From NCBI GenBank assembly GCA_003162415.1, contig PMOL01000011.1:84701-148700 (forward strand): a DNA stretch of 64,000 nt. Reading direction: 5' to 3'. A program made the translations under genes and the position numbers. The notes under the pieces are model-generated. The model ran no database searches. It saw only the letters and a list, made by a program, of their open reading frames with translations, and was not told the DNA's origin. Shown here one piece after another: positions 19,623-29,243 of the stretch (positions are counted from its first letter, which is position 1; each line of letters starts with the position of its first letter). This DNA comes from Candidatus Dormiibacterota bacterium (lineage in GTDB: Bacteria > Chloroflexota > Dormibacteria > Aeolococcales > Aeolococcaceae).

Positions 19623-20156
19623 ATGAGCGTGATTGACAAGAAGGTGGCGATCCTCGTGGAGGATCTGTATGAAGACTTAGAGCTGTGGTATCCGTACTAC
19701 CGATTGCGGGAGGAGGGTGCCGAGGTCCATCTGGTCGGGAGCGGCAGACTCCCGACCCACACCAGCAGGTACGGGTATCCTGCGACGCCAGATCTCGTCA
19801 TCGACGACGTCCGAGCGGCTGATTTCGCTGCCGTCGTCATCCCCGGTGGTTACTCTCCCGATCTCATGCGTCGCAAGCCACCGATGGTGGACTTCGTTCG
19901 AGAGATGGATCGCGCCGGTAAGCCCGTGGCCGCGATTTGTCATGCAGGTTGGATGCTGGTTTCGGCTGATATCGTGCGTGGTCGTCGCGCCACCTGTTTT
20001 TTCTCAATCAAGGACGATCTGGTTGCGGCGGGCGCTGAGTATGTCGACGAGCCTGCGGTAGTCGATGGCAATCTCGTGACGTCCCGGTTTCCGGCCGATT
20101 TGCCGGACTTCTGCAAGGCGCTTGTTAGGCTCTTGGCCGCCCCTGTTCAGGTGTAA
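19623..20156 (+). CDS. DJ-1/PfpI family protein
   Basis: Class-I GATase-like fold with the nucleophile elbow AICHAGWML. Confidence 0.8.
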   Translation: MSVIDKKVAILVEDLYEDLELWYPYYRLREEGAEVHLVGSGRLPTHTSRYGYPATPDLVIDDVRAADFAAVVIPGGYSPDLMRRKPPMVDFVREMDRAGKPVAAICHAGWMLVSADIVRGRRATCFFSIKDDLVAAGAEYVDEPAVVDGNLVTSRFPADLPDFCKALVRLLAAPVQV

Positions 20157-20222
20157 ATGTGGCAGGAAGCAGCAACATCTCGGGAGGCCGGCAGCGAGCC
20201 AGCGTTTCGTAGGAGGAGTAAC

Positions 20223-21011
20223 GTGCCCGACACCCGTACTATCGATCTCAACGCAGATCTCGGTGAGAGCTTTGGCGCATATACACTAGGGTCCGATCCT
20301 CTAGTCATCAAGCTCATCAGCTCGGCTAACGTTGCCTGCGCGGCGCACGCTGGTGATCCGCGCACCATGGACGACACAGTGCAGATGAGTCGGGAGTGTG
20401 GGGTCGCGGTCGGTGCGCATCCGGGCTTTCCAGATTTGGTTGGGTTCGGCCGACGCGCCCTCGACGTCACGCCACGCGAAGTTGAGACTGACGTCGTATT
20501 TCAAATCGGTGCCTTAGATGGCTTCTGCCGGCGACACGGCGTTACGCTGCAGCACGTCAAGGCGCACGGGGCTCTATATAACGTCTCTCTCGTGGATCCA
20601 GCTACAGCCCACGCGATAGCGTCGGCGGTAGCCAGCTACAACAAGACACTGATCTTCGTGGCTCCATTCGGTTCGTGCCTGGCTCAGGCCGGTACTGACG
20701 CAGGGCTCGAGGTGGCATTTGAAGGATTCGCTGACAGGGCATATGCGGCCAATGGCACCCTGGCGTCACGGCGCCTCCCCGGGGCGGTTATTCACGATCC
20801 CGCACTCGCAGCGGCACGCGCGCTCCAAATGATACGGGAGCACACCGTTGAGACGATTGAGGGCGAGACGATGCCCATCAAGGTGCACACGGTCTGTGTA
20901 CACGGCGACAACCCCCGAGCAGTGGACATCCTGACGGAGCTCCGATCTACATTGAGTAGGAACAACATTCAGGTCGCTCCAATGCGCGCGGTGCTCACCG
21001 CAGATCAGTGA
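20223..21011 (+). CDS. pxpA: 5-oxoprolinase subunit A (LamB/YcsF family)
   Basis: DLNADLGESFG N-terminal motif of LamB/YcsF. GTG start at 20223. Confidence 0.85.
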   Translation: MPDTRTIDLNADLGESFGAYTLGSDPLVIKLISSANVACAAHAGDPRTMDDTVQMSRECGVAVGAHPGFPDLVGFGRRALDVTPREVETDVVFQIGALDGFCRRHGVTLQHVKAHGALYNVSLVDPATAHAIASAVASYNKTLIFVAPFGSCLAQAGTDAGLEVAFEGFADRAYAANGTLASRRLPGAVIHDPALAAARALQMIREHTVETIEGETMPIKVHTVCVHGDNPRAVDILTELRSTLSRNNIQVAPMRAVLTADQ

Positions 21012-21727
21012 TACGCGAGATCGTCGCGGCGGGCGAATGCGGTGCATACATACGATTTGGCACCGTGATCGATCCCGACACGAGCGCACTGGTCCAGGCC
21101 TTCGCCGCCCTGCTGCGCGACCTTCGTCGCGCCGAGATCACTGATGTAGTTCCAGGGTATGTCTCGCTCTACGTTGAGTTCGATGTCCAACGAATGACTA
21201 TTGCCGACCTCCAGCGGATCGTAGAAGAGATCACACCGCCGAAAGTAGAGAGCGCCTACTCCGGAGATCTAATCGACATCCCTGTGTGTTACGGCGACTC
21301 CTGCGGTCCCGACCTCACGCAGGTAGCCGCAGAGTGTGCCATGTCTGAAGCCGATGTCATTGACATTCACTCCTCTCGCGAGTACCTAGTGTTCTTCTTG
21401 GGCTTCACACCCGGGTTCCCTTTCATGGGGACAGTCGACGAGCGAATCGCCGTTCCGCGACTGACGGCGCCGAGGACAAAGGTGCCAGCAGGATCAGTCG
21501 GCATTGCTGGTTATCAGACGGGCGTGTATCCAGTTGATAGCCCCGGTGGATGGCGACTCATCGGAAGAACTACGGAGCCCTTGGTGGATCTGTCCGGATC
21601 CGAGCCTCGGTTCCTCCTGAGCCCGCGGTGCCGAGTTCGCTTTCTTCCTACGAACCCGGGGCACTTGCAGCACGCCACGTCCAACATCTCTCGTGGGCTC
21701 GGTAGTCGTGCACACCGCACTCGGTGA
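21008..21727 (+). CDS. pxpB: 5-oxoprolinase subunit B (KipI/allophanate hydrolase subunit 1-like)
   Basis: CT_C_D-type carboxyltransferase fold. GTG start overlapping the pxpA stop. Confidence 0.8.
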   Translation: MIREIVAAGECGAYIRFGTVIDPDTSALVQAFAALLRDLRRAEITDVVPGYVSLYVEFDVQRMTIADLQRIVEEITPPKVESAYSGDLIDIPVCYGDSCGPDLTQVAAECAMSEADVIDIHSSREYLVFFLGFTPGFPFMGTVDERIAVPRLTAPRTKVPAGSVGIAGYQTGVYPVDSPGGWRLIGRTTEPLVDLSGSEPRFLLSPRCRVRFLPTNPGHLQHATSNISRGLGSRAHRTR

Positions 21728-22667
21728 TGGCATTAGGGTCCTTCGGTCTGGCCCACGAACGACGGTTCAGGATTCTGGTCGGCACGGATACCAGCATCTG
21801 GGGTTCGGTGTATCGGGATCGATCGATGAGCGCTGTGCGATGCTCGCGAATCATCTGGTAGGGAATGACACGCGATCGGCAGTGTTGGAGGCAACACTGC
21901 AGGGTCCACGCCTCCAGTTCACAGCACCGGCACAGGTAAGCGTCGTGGGGTGTGGCCCTGAAGTCAGGTTGAATGGTGTCCAGGAGCGTCCGAACGAAAC
22001 CTTCAGTGTCAAGGCAGGAGACGTCGTCGACATAGGCCGGACCGGAGGTGCCCGTGCCTATATGGCGATAAGCGGCGGGATCAAGACTGCGCCGGTTCTG
22101 AATTCTCGGTCTACGGATCTTGTCGGCGGAGTCGGCGGTTACGCTGGACGATCCTTGAAGAAGGGCGATGAACTACGCGTCACCGTTCGCGACTCAGTGG
22201 CTCCACGTGGCATCCGCCCAGCATGGATGCCTGAGAGGTCCTCATCCGTCGAAGCGCGCTGCGTTCTTGGCCCAGAGGCCGGCATGTTTCCCGATTCCGC
22301 GATGCGCCTACTACTCAGCGCTTCTTTCGTCGTCAATCAAGCGTCAGACGGCATGGGCTTGCGACTTGATGGACCTTTGATTGCTTTTTCTCAGCAGATT
22401 CTTTCGGAGGGCCAGGCAGCTGGGTCAATTCAGGTTCCACCAGGTGGTCAACCCATCGTCTTGCTGGCTGGACGCCAAACAATGGGCGGGTACGCCAAGA
22501 TCGCTGTCGTCGGGCGCCCTGACCTCTCGAAGCTTGCTCAAGCCCTTCCTGGGGATGCGATCACATTCGGTCTCCTTTCGCTACAGGACTCGATACGCCT
22601 GACGCGGCAGTGGCTGGATGACCTAGCTGATCCAGCTTCTTCGACCATCGTCCTTGACCGTCGGTAA
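21693..22667 (+). CDS. pxpC: 5-oxoprolinase subunit C (KipA/allophanate hydrolase subunit 2-like)
   Basis: N-terminal ...VLRSGPRTTVQDSGRHGYQHLGFGVSG typical of PxpC. The operon order is A-B-C. Confidence 0.8.
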   Translation: MGSVVVHTALGDGIRVLRSGPRTTVQDSGRHGYQHLGFGVSGSIDERCAMLANHLVGNDTRSAVLEATLQGPRLQFTAPAQVSVVGCGPEVRLNGVQERPNETFSVKAGDVVDIGRTGGARAYMAISGGIKTAPVLNSRSTDLVGGVGGYAGRSLKKGDELRVTVRDSVAPRGIRPAWMPERSSSVEARCVLGPEAGMFPDSAMRLLLSASFVVNQASDGMGLRLDGPLIAFSQQILSEGQAAGSIQVPPGGQPIVLLAGRQTMGGYAKIAVVGRPDLSKLAQALPGDAITFGLLSLQDSIRLTRQWLDDLADPASSTIVLDRR

Positions 22668-22857
22668 ACTTCTCACGTCGTCGGTTACACGGCTCTGACA
22701 TCCTGACCAATCACGTCAGCGTTCGGCGGTTCGAATCAACGAGTGTCTCGGCCAGCCCTGTTGGCCGTTGGCATCGGATGATGCCAAATTAGGCGACCTT
22801 GCGCCCTTAGGCCTCGATCTGGACGCATTGGCCGAATGCATCGGTCGGCCCCGACGC

Positions 22858-23610
22858 TCAGCGCCGGAAGATGCGCTGCAGCACGACGATCGACACTTCG
22901 TAGAGCAGCAGCAGCGGGATTGCGAGCAGCGTCGGTGTGAACGGATCAGCACCGGGCGTGATCACCAGGGACACGATGATGATCCCGACGTATGCGACCT
23001 TCCGCCAGCCCTTGAGCTTTTTCGAGGAGACAAACCCGAGCAGCCCGAGCAGCACGATCACGACGGGCATCTCGAACGTGGCTCCGAAGATGAACACGAT
23101 GATCAGGAAGAACCCGATATACGAGTTGATGTCGGGGAAATAGACGGCGTGCCCGTTGAGGAAGTTGGTCAGGAAGCTGAGCCCGATCGGCATCACGAAG
23201 TAGGCAAACGCGGCTCCAGCGGCGAAGAGCAGGAGTGCGCTGGCGATGAACGGCCCGACGAACTTCCGCTCTTTCGGACGCAATCCCGGCGACACGAAGT
23301 TCCAGACCTGCCAGAGCACCACGGGCAGGGCGATGATCAGCCCGACGACGGCCGCGACCTTCAAGGGGACCGTGAGGCCCTCGGTGGGGCTGGTATAGAT
23401 CGCCTCGTTGTTGGGAATGATGCTGTGCGAGTTCTTCAGGACGGTCGACAACGGGTGCAGAAGCACACCGATGAAGAACCCGTTGAAGACGAACGCGACG
23501 ACCGTTCCGACGATCCAGGCCCCCATCACCCAGATGAGGACGCGTCGCAATTCCTCCAGGTGCTGGACGATCGTCATCCGCCGTTCGTCGTCGCCAGGCA
23601 CTCCCTGCAC
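22858..23610 (-). CDS. tatC: twin-arginine translocase subunit TatC
   Basis: Six-TM TatC with a conserved N-terminus (VQHLEELRRVLIW). The start may be the internal Met at 23577. Confidence 0.9.
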   Translation of the reverse strand: MQGVPGDDERRMTIVQHLEELRRVLIWVMGAWIVGTVVAFVFNGFFIGVLLHPLSTVLKNSHSIIPNNEAIYTSPTEGLTVPLKVAAVVGLIIALPVVLWQVWNFVSPGLRPKERKFVGPFIASALLLFAAGAAFAYFVMPIGLSFLTNFLNGHAVYFPDINSYIGFFLIIVFIFGATFEMPVVIVLLGLLGFVSSKKLKGWRKVAYVGIIIVSLVITPGADPFTPTLLAIPLLLLYEVSIVVLQRIFRR

Positions 23611-23648
23611 CTTACGTGCCCCCGGTCAGCGCGCGCCTGAGCGGCGCG

Positions 23649-23945
23649 TCAGCCAGAAACTGGGGGCTGGTGGGTCGTCGCGTCGCCCGGGACGGTCACG
23701 GGCTCGGCGGGTTGTGCCAGCGCCGGTGCCGGAGCAGCGACGACCTGAACGACAGGAGCCGGCTGCGCCGGGGTCGTGGTGGTACCCATCACGGCGTCAT
23801 GAGTCTCGGACGAAGCCTTCCGAAACTCGCGAATTCCCTTGCCCATGGCCGCGCCTATGTCGGGCAGCTTTCCCGGCCCCCAAATGATCAGGATCACCAC
23901 CAGCACGATGATGAGTTCCGGCAAATGTCCGCCTATGAATCCCAT
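23649..23945 (-). CDS. tatA: twin-arginine translocase subunit TatA/E
   Basis: N-terminal TM helix plus an amphipathic helix (IIWGPGKLPDIGAAMGKGIREFRKA) and an Ala/Pro-rich tail. Confidence 0.85.
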   Translation of the reverse strand: MGFIGGHLPELIIVLVVILIIWGPGKLPDIGAAMGKGIREFRKASSETHDAVMGTTTTPAQPAPVVQVVAAPAPALAQPAEPVTVPGDATTHQPPVSG

Positions 23946-24484
23946 GTCAGCCTCCAGTCTAGCATCGTTTCGAACGATCCCCAGGCCAGAGTCGATGGGT
24001 AAAGAGCTGGTGCCGTCGCCGGAATAATGCCAGCAAGATTGCGCGCTCGAAGTGCGATTCGGCGTTTCGTGGGCGGTGTGACTTCGATATTGCGATCGCT
24101 CGGAGGGAAGGGGTCACCAGCGCCGCCTTGAACGTAATCCTCGCCCGGGGTCGTGGACTCCGCTTCCGGCGTCAAGGCCGCATGCGCCGAGCTGGCGGCC
24201 GCCAAAGCGGCGTCAGTCAACAAGCTCGGCTTGACCCCTGCCGCGTCCGAGGTGCGGTCAGCCGATCGAGTTCTAGGTGGGCCATCAGCGGGCCTTATAC
24301 ACCCTCCTCGACACGGTCAGGCCGCACGAGATGCACATTCCGCGTGCCTCGAGCCTGCCTGACGACCCCGATCGCGCCCGCCGCATGATGTCCGATAACG
24401 GGAGGGTATCGGACGTCAGCAGCCTGGTTCGCTTTCTCCGGCCGTCCTAACGGCAACGCCGACTATGCTTCGCACGCCCGCTCT

Positions 24485-25444
24485 ATGCTCACCTATCTAT
24501 CAGCCGCTGCCGTCCGAGATTGTCTACCCAGTGTCAGTACTCAGGTCGAGCTCGCGCAGACGGCACTTCGGGCTCTTGCGACGAACCAGGCGGAGATGCC
24601 ACCCAAGGTAGCTGTCCATCCCCGCGACAGCGCACTACTGGAGGCCATGCCGGCCTGGTGGCGCAACGGCGATGTCGCGGGGTTGAAGTGGATTTCAGCC
24701 TTCCCGAGTAATCGCATCCATCAGCAACCCCAGGTGATGGGGCTCATCGTCCTCAATGACGCGACCACCGGAGCGCCGGTCTGCATCCTCGATGCGGTGG
24801 AAATCACCCTCGCTCGTACCGCGGCCATCAGCGCGCTAGCCCTCCGCCTCTACCGAGACTCTCCCCACGCCGTGGCCATCCTCGGCGCCGGAGCCCAAGC
24901 TCGCGCGCACATTTCGATCGCCGTAGCACTTGGATTTGTGCACGACCTGCGCGTCTTCGACCGCCACAAGGAACGGGCGGACGAGCTCGTGAGTTGGTCG
25001 CAATCCCTCGCCCCATCCACGCTACCCGGCCGCGCGTGCGCCTCCGCTCAGGACGCGGTCGAGGGAGCGTCGGTCATCATCTCGTGCGCCTCACTCGGCA
25101 CCAAGCGACATCTCCTGCAATCAGAATGGGTCGACGCCGCTCGCCTCGTCCTCGCGATCGATGAGGATGTCTATGTCTCCGGCGATATCGTGCGTGCCAG
25201 CGACGCCTTCATCGTCGACGACATCAACCAGTTCCGCTCCGCACGCGACCAAGGCGATTTCGCTGGCTTCCCCGATCCAGATGGAATACTCGGCGGATAT
25301 CTGTCACCAGAGGTGTCGACAGTGGCTCCCGCCGGTCGCCTCGTCGTCATCACCCTTGGCGTCGGGATTGCGGACATCATCTTCGCCGCGGCCGTCTACC
25401 AAAGCGCGCGCGACGCCGGCATTGGCCTCCTCCTAGAACCCTGA
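24485..25444 (+). CDS. ornithine cyclodeaminase / mu-crystallin family protein
   Basis: OCD_Mu_crystall fold with a Rossmann-type AILGAGAQA motif. Confidence 0.8.
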   Translation: MLTYLSAAAVRDCLPSVSTQVELAQTALRALATNQAEMPPKVAVHPRDSALLEAMPAWWRNGDVAGLKWISAFPSNRIHQQPQVMGLIVLNDATTGAPVCILDAVEITLARTAAISALALRLYRDSPHAVAILGAGAQARAHISIAVALGFVHDLRVFDRHKERADELVSWSQSLAPSTLPGRACASAQDAVEGASVIISCASLGTKRHLLQSEWVDAARLVLAIDEDVYVSGDIVRASDAFIVDDINQFRSARDQGDFAGFPDPDGILGGYLSPEVSTVAPAGRLVVITLGVGIADIIFAAAVYQSARDAGIGLLLEP

Positions 25445-25448
25445 GCGG

Positions 25449-26432
25449 CTAACGCACCGTCCACGCGAAATGACATGCGGCCGCATGGCCGTCGACGACT
25501 TCAAGTGCCGGGTCCTCTTCCATACACAACGGCTGTGCAATCGGACAACGGGATCGAAACCGGCACCCTGACGGAATCGCGAACGGACTGGGCGGATCCC
25601 CCGCCACGCCCACCTCAGACGATTGCTCGCCGTGCACCAGACTCGGAATGGAACGCAGCAGCCCTTGCGTATAGGGATGCCGCGGGTCGTCAAAGAGTGC
25701 TCCAACCTCGGCCACCTCCACCACCCGACCGAGATACATGACCGCGACCCTGCCACACAGGTGGTGCACCACCGACAGGTCATGAGCGATGAACACCAGC
25801 GTGAGTCCGAGTTGCTGGCGCAGATCCGCAAGCAGATTGAGGATCGACGCCTGGACCGAGACGTCGAGCGCCGACACCGGCTCATCGGCAATCAGCAGTT
25901 CCGGCTCCAACGCCAGTGCGCGCGCGATGCTAACCCGTTGACGCTGACCTCCGGACAGCTGCCGTGGGTATGCGGATGCGAGTTCGGGCCCCAGACGAAC
26001 CAGATCCATCAGTTCGCGAAAGCGTGCCTCCCGACGCTGACGGGGCACGACGTTGTGCACGCCGAGGATCTCCTTGACCGTCTGCTCGACCGTCATGCGC
26101 GGGTTGAGCGACGCATAGGGATCCTGGAACACGATTTGGATGCGCCGGCGCAAGCTCGCGGGACGCCTCCGCGGCAGTACCTTTCCTGCGTACACAAGCG
26201 TCCCAGCCGTCGGTTCGTAGAGCCCTGCTATGCAACGTGCCAGCGTCGACTTGCCCGACCCCGACTCCCCCACGATGCCGAGAGCCTCGCCGGCGAACAC
26301 ATCCAGGTCGACGCCGTCGATCGCAACCAACGTCTCGTTGCGCCGCCGCACCAGGCGAGACAGCAAGGAAGTTGACGAAACGAACTCCATCTGCAGCCCA
26401 CTGATCCGCAGAAGCGGAACGGCCTGGTTCAT
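25449..26432 (-). CDS. ABC transporter ATP-binding protein (OppF-like)
   Basis: Walker [10 protein letters not shown], signature LSGGQRQR, Walker B LIADEPVS. The likely start at 26432 overlaps the upstream stop. Confidence 0.85.
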   Translation of the reverse strand: MNQAVPLLRISGLQMEFVSSTSLLSRLVRRRNETLVAIDGVDLDVFAGEALGIVGESGSGKSTLARCIAGLYEPTAGTLVYAGKVLPRRRPASLRRRIQIVFQDPYASLNPRMTVEQTVKEILGVHNVVPRQRREARFRELMDLVRLGPELASAYPRQLSGGQRQRVSIARALALEPELLIADEPVSALDVSVQASILNLLADLRQQLGLTLVFIAHDLSVVHHLCGRVAVMYLGRVVEVAEVGALFDDPRHPYTQGLLRSIPSLVHGEQSSEVGVAGDPPSPFAIPSGCRFRSRCPIAQPLCMEEDPALEVVDGHAAACHFAWTVR

Positions 26433-27430
26433 AACCCCGTCGACAGAAGCGGTGTTGTAGCCATCCGCTCCGAGTGAATGCACGCGGTCGCTCGATCGTC
26501 CGCGGTCGAAAGCAGAGGGAAATCCCCGTCAAGACAGTCCACTTGTGCGAGTGGACAGCGAGGATGGAAGCGACAACCCGACGGTGGGGAGTGCAGGTCA
26601 GGGGGCGTGCCCTGGATGGGTTCGAGTGCGCTGCCGATCCGGTGTACATCCGGCACCGACGCCAGCAGGCCACGGGTATAGGGGTGGCGTGGGCGGCTGA
26701 AGACCTCCGCCACCGGACCACGTTCGACCACCTGCCCTGCATACATGACTGCGACCGTAGGGCACGTCTGGGCGATCACCGCAAGGTCGTGCGTCACATA
26801 CAGCATCCCCAGCCCACTCTCGGCAGAAAGCCGCTTCAACAAGCGGAGGATTTGATCCTGGATGGTCACGTCGAGCGCAGTGGTCGGCTCGTCGCACAAC
26901 AAGAGATGCGGCCTGCACGAAAGGGCGATCGCGATGTCGATGCGTTGGCGCATGCCTCCGGAGAGTTGATGTGCATACGCGCGATACCGCCGCGCCGGGT
27001 CAGGGATGCCGATCTCCGTCAATAGTTTCATCGCTGTCCTGCGGCTCTCATCGGCGCTCTGGCCGAGGCGGTACCGCGGTCCCTCACTCACCTGGTCACC
27101 AACCGGCATGACGGGATTCAAAGCGGTCATCGGATCCTGAAAGACCATGCCGATGCGCTTTCCTCGAACCTCTCGCGCCTGCTTGGCAGAAACCGCCAGG
27201 AGATCGACCCCCTCAAAGATAATCTCGCCGTGCACCACGTGAGCACTCCGCGGCAGCAAGCCGAGCACGGCCCGCAACAACGTGGTCTTGCCTGACCCGG
27301 ATTCGCCCGCGATCCCCAGCGCCTCCCCCTCCAAGAGCGTGAGGCTCACATCGTCCACGGCGTGGACGACGCCACGCCGCGATCGAATGTGCACGGAGAG
27401 ACTCCGAATCTCGAGCATCGGTGCGCTCAT
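26429..27430 (-). CDS. ABC transporter ATP-binding protein (OppD-like)
   Basis: Walker [10 protein letters not shown], signature LSGGMRQR, Walker B. Confidence 0.85.
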   Translation of the reverse strand: MSAPMLEIRSLSVHIRSRRGVVHAVDDVSLTLLEGEALGIAGESGSGKTTLLRAVLGLLPRSAHVVHGEIIFEGVDLLAVSAKQAREVRGKRIGMVFQDPMTALNPVMPVGDQVSEGPRYRLGQSADESRRTAMKLLTEIGIPDPARRYRAYAHQLSGGMRQRIDIAIALSCRPHLLLCDEPTTALDVTIQDQILRLLKRLSAESGLGMLYVTHDLAVIAQTCPTVAVMYAGQVVERGPVAEVFSRPRHPYTRGLLASVPDVHRIGSALEPIQGTPPDLHSPPSGCRFHPRCPLAQVDCLDGDFPLLSTADDRATACIHSERMATTPLLSTGL

Positions 27431-28284
27431 TCGGGTCTCGCTGCGTCGGCTAGTCCATCACCAACCAGCGATAGACCCAAGCCCGTGATCACGACCGCAA
27501 TCCCCGGGATCGTGGGAAGCAGCCAGTTGGTTGTGATGAAAGTCTGTCCGTCGAAGATCATCGATCCCCAATCCGGAGTCGGCGGTGGAACCCCGAGCCC
27601 AAGGTATCCCAAGGTGACTACCCCGACGATGACCACGACGATATCCGACATCGCAAAGATGATCGCCTGTGTGATGACGTTCGGTAGGAGGTGGCGGAAC
27701 ATGATTCGCGCACTCGAGAACCCGGCGGCTCGAGCCGCCAGGATGTACTCCTCCCGCTTGGCGACGAGTACCCCGCCGCGAATAATGCGTGCATACGACA
27801 CCCATCCGACCGCGGCCACGGCCAGGAACACCCCCTGGATACCCGCACCGAGCACGAACACGAGCGCGATCACCAGGACGTAAAACGGGAACGCCTGGAC
27901 GATGTCGATGATGCCGTTAACAATCACATCGAGCGCTTTCCCGTAGTAACCCGCGACCAGCCCCACGGCGGTGCCAAAGATAAACGGTGTCACCACCGCG
28001 AGCACGCCGACAGCCAAATCAACCCGGCCGGCATAGAGCAGCCGGGTCCAGACGTCGCGGCCGTACTCGTCGGTACCGAGAAGATGCGCGGTCGATGGCC
28101 CCTGCAGGACCGCTGTGAGTTGCTGAGCGGTAGGATCATACGGGCTGATCAGCGGTGCCGCGATCGCCAGGAAGGCGATCACGAACAGGATCGAGCATCC
28201 AATCGTCAACGTGGGGCGCCGGTACCACGGACGCGAACGCCCGCGGCTCACTTCGCGCTCGACCGGAACGATTGCGACCGCCAT
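27427..28284 (-). CDS. ABC transporter permease (OppC-like)
   Basis: BPD_transp_1 permease. Confidence 0.85.
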   Translation of the reverse strand: MAVAIVPVEREVSRGRSRPWYRRPTLTIGCSILFVIAFLAIAAPLISPYDPTAQQLTAVLQGPSTAHLLGTDEYGRDVWTRLLYAGRVDLAVGVLAVVTPFIFGTAVGLVAGYYGKALDVIVNGIIDIVQAFPFYVLVIALVFVLGAGIQGVFLAVAAVGWVSYARIIRGGVLVAKREEYILAARAAGFSSARIMFRHLLPNVITQAIIFAMSDIVVVIVGVVTLGYLGLGVPPPTPDWGSMIFDGQTFITTNWLLPTIPGIAVVITGLGLSLVGDGLADAARPE

Positions 28285-29225
28285 CAGCCGAGCTTGACTC
28301 GCGGGTCGACCAGCGACCGCAAGATGTCAGTGGATGTGCTCACCACCACGACCAGGACTGCGAACACCAGTGCGATCGCCTGCACAACGGGAAAGTCACT
28401 GCTCAGGATTGAGTCGAGCATCAGTGCACCGATGCCGGGCAGTGCGAAGACCTTCTCGACCACCAGCGTGTTGCCGACCAGCCAGCCGATGTTCAGACCG
28501 AACACGGTGATCGCCGGAATGATCGCGTTCCGCAAGACGTGAGCCAGGATCACGCGCCGCTCCGCCAGACCCTTGGCCCGGGCGGTGGTGACGAAGTCAG
28601 CCTGGAGCACCTCCAGCATCGCCGCGCGAAGGCTGCGGACCGTGATCGGCGCGATCCCCAAAGCCACCGTCAGCGCCGGCAACACGATGGCGTGCAAGTG
28701 ACTCAAGAAGTCGGTCCCAAACCCTCCGACCGGGAACCATCCAGTGGACTCGGCGAGCACCAGCAGCAGGATGATTCCCACCCAGAACGCGGGCATCCCA
28801 AGCCCAACTAAGGGGATCAGACGGATCGCATGATCGATCCACGAGTTGGGCCGCATCGCGGCGGCCACCGCCAGCGGGAGGGTAATGACCACGGTAAGGA
28901 TCGAGGCACTGATCAGCAGCCAGAGTGTCGCGGCCAAGCGTGATGCCATCAGCGTGACGGCTGGTTCCTGATAGGTGAGCGAAGTCCCCAGATTACCGTG
29001 CAGCAGCCCGCCGAGAAAATTCACGAACTGCACCGGCAGCGGTAGATCCAGACCCCACGCCTTGTCCTGCGCGGCGACCACCTTCGCAGGTGCATGTGGA
29101 CCCAACAGCACGCGCGCCGGGTCACCCGGTATCAGGTGAATGAGCAGGAAGACAAGGATTGAGATCCCGAGCAAAATCGGAATCAGATGGAGCAGCCGCT
29201 TGCCAACGTACGAAAGGCGGTCCAT
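28284..29225 (-). CDS. ABC transporter permease (OppB-like)
   Basis: BPD_transp_1 permease. Confidence 0.85.
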   Translation of the reverse strand: MDRLSYVGKRLLHLIPILLGISILVFLLIHLIPGDPARVLLGPHAPAKVVAAQDKAWGLDLPLPVQFVNFLGGLLHGNLGTSLTYQEPAVTLMASRLAATLWLLISASILTVVITLPLAVAAAMRPNSWIDHAIRLIPLVGLGMPAFWVGIILLLVLAESTGWFPVGGFGTDFLSHLHAIVLPALTVALGIAPITVRSLRAAMLEVLQADFVTTARAKGLAERRVILAHVLRNAIIPAITVFGLNIGWLVGNTLVVEKVFALPGIGALMLDSILSSDFPVVQAIALVFAVLVVVVSTSTDILRSLVDPRVKLG

Positions 29226-29243
29226 CGCCGCGGGCAGTATGCG

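Noticed and set aside
22768-23640. 290-aa D/E/H-rich plus-strand ORF
   Set aside because: It is entirely antisense to tatC, has low-complexity composition and no recognisable domain. It is a typical high-GC antisense artefact.
25623-26375. 250-aa plus-strand ORF
   Set aside because: It is antisense to the OppF-like ATPase gene. It is Arg/His-rich with no motifs.
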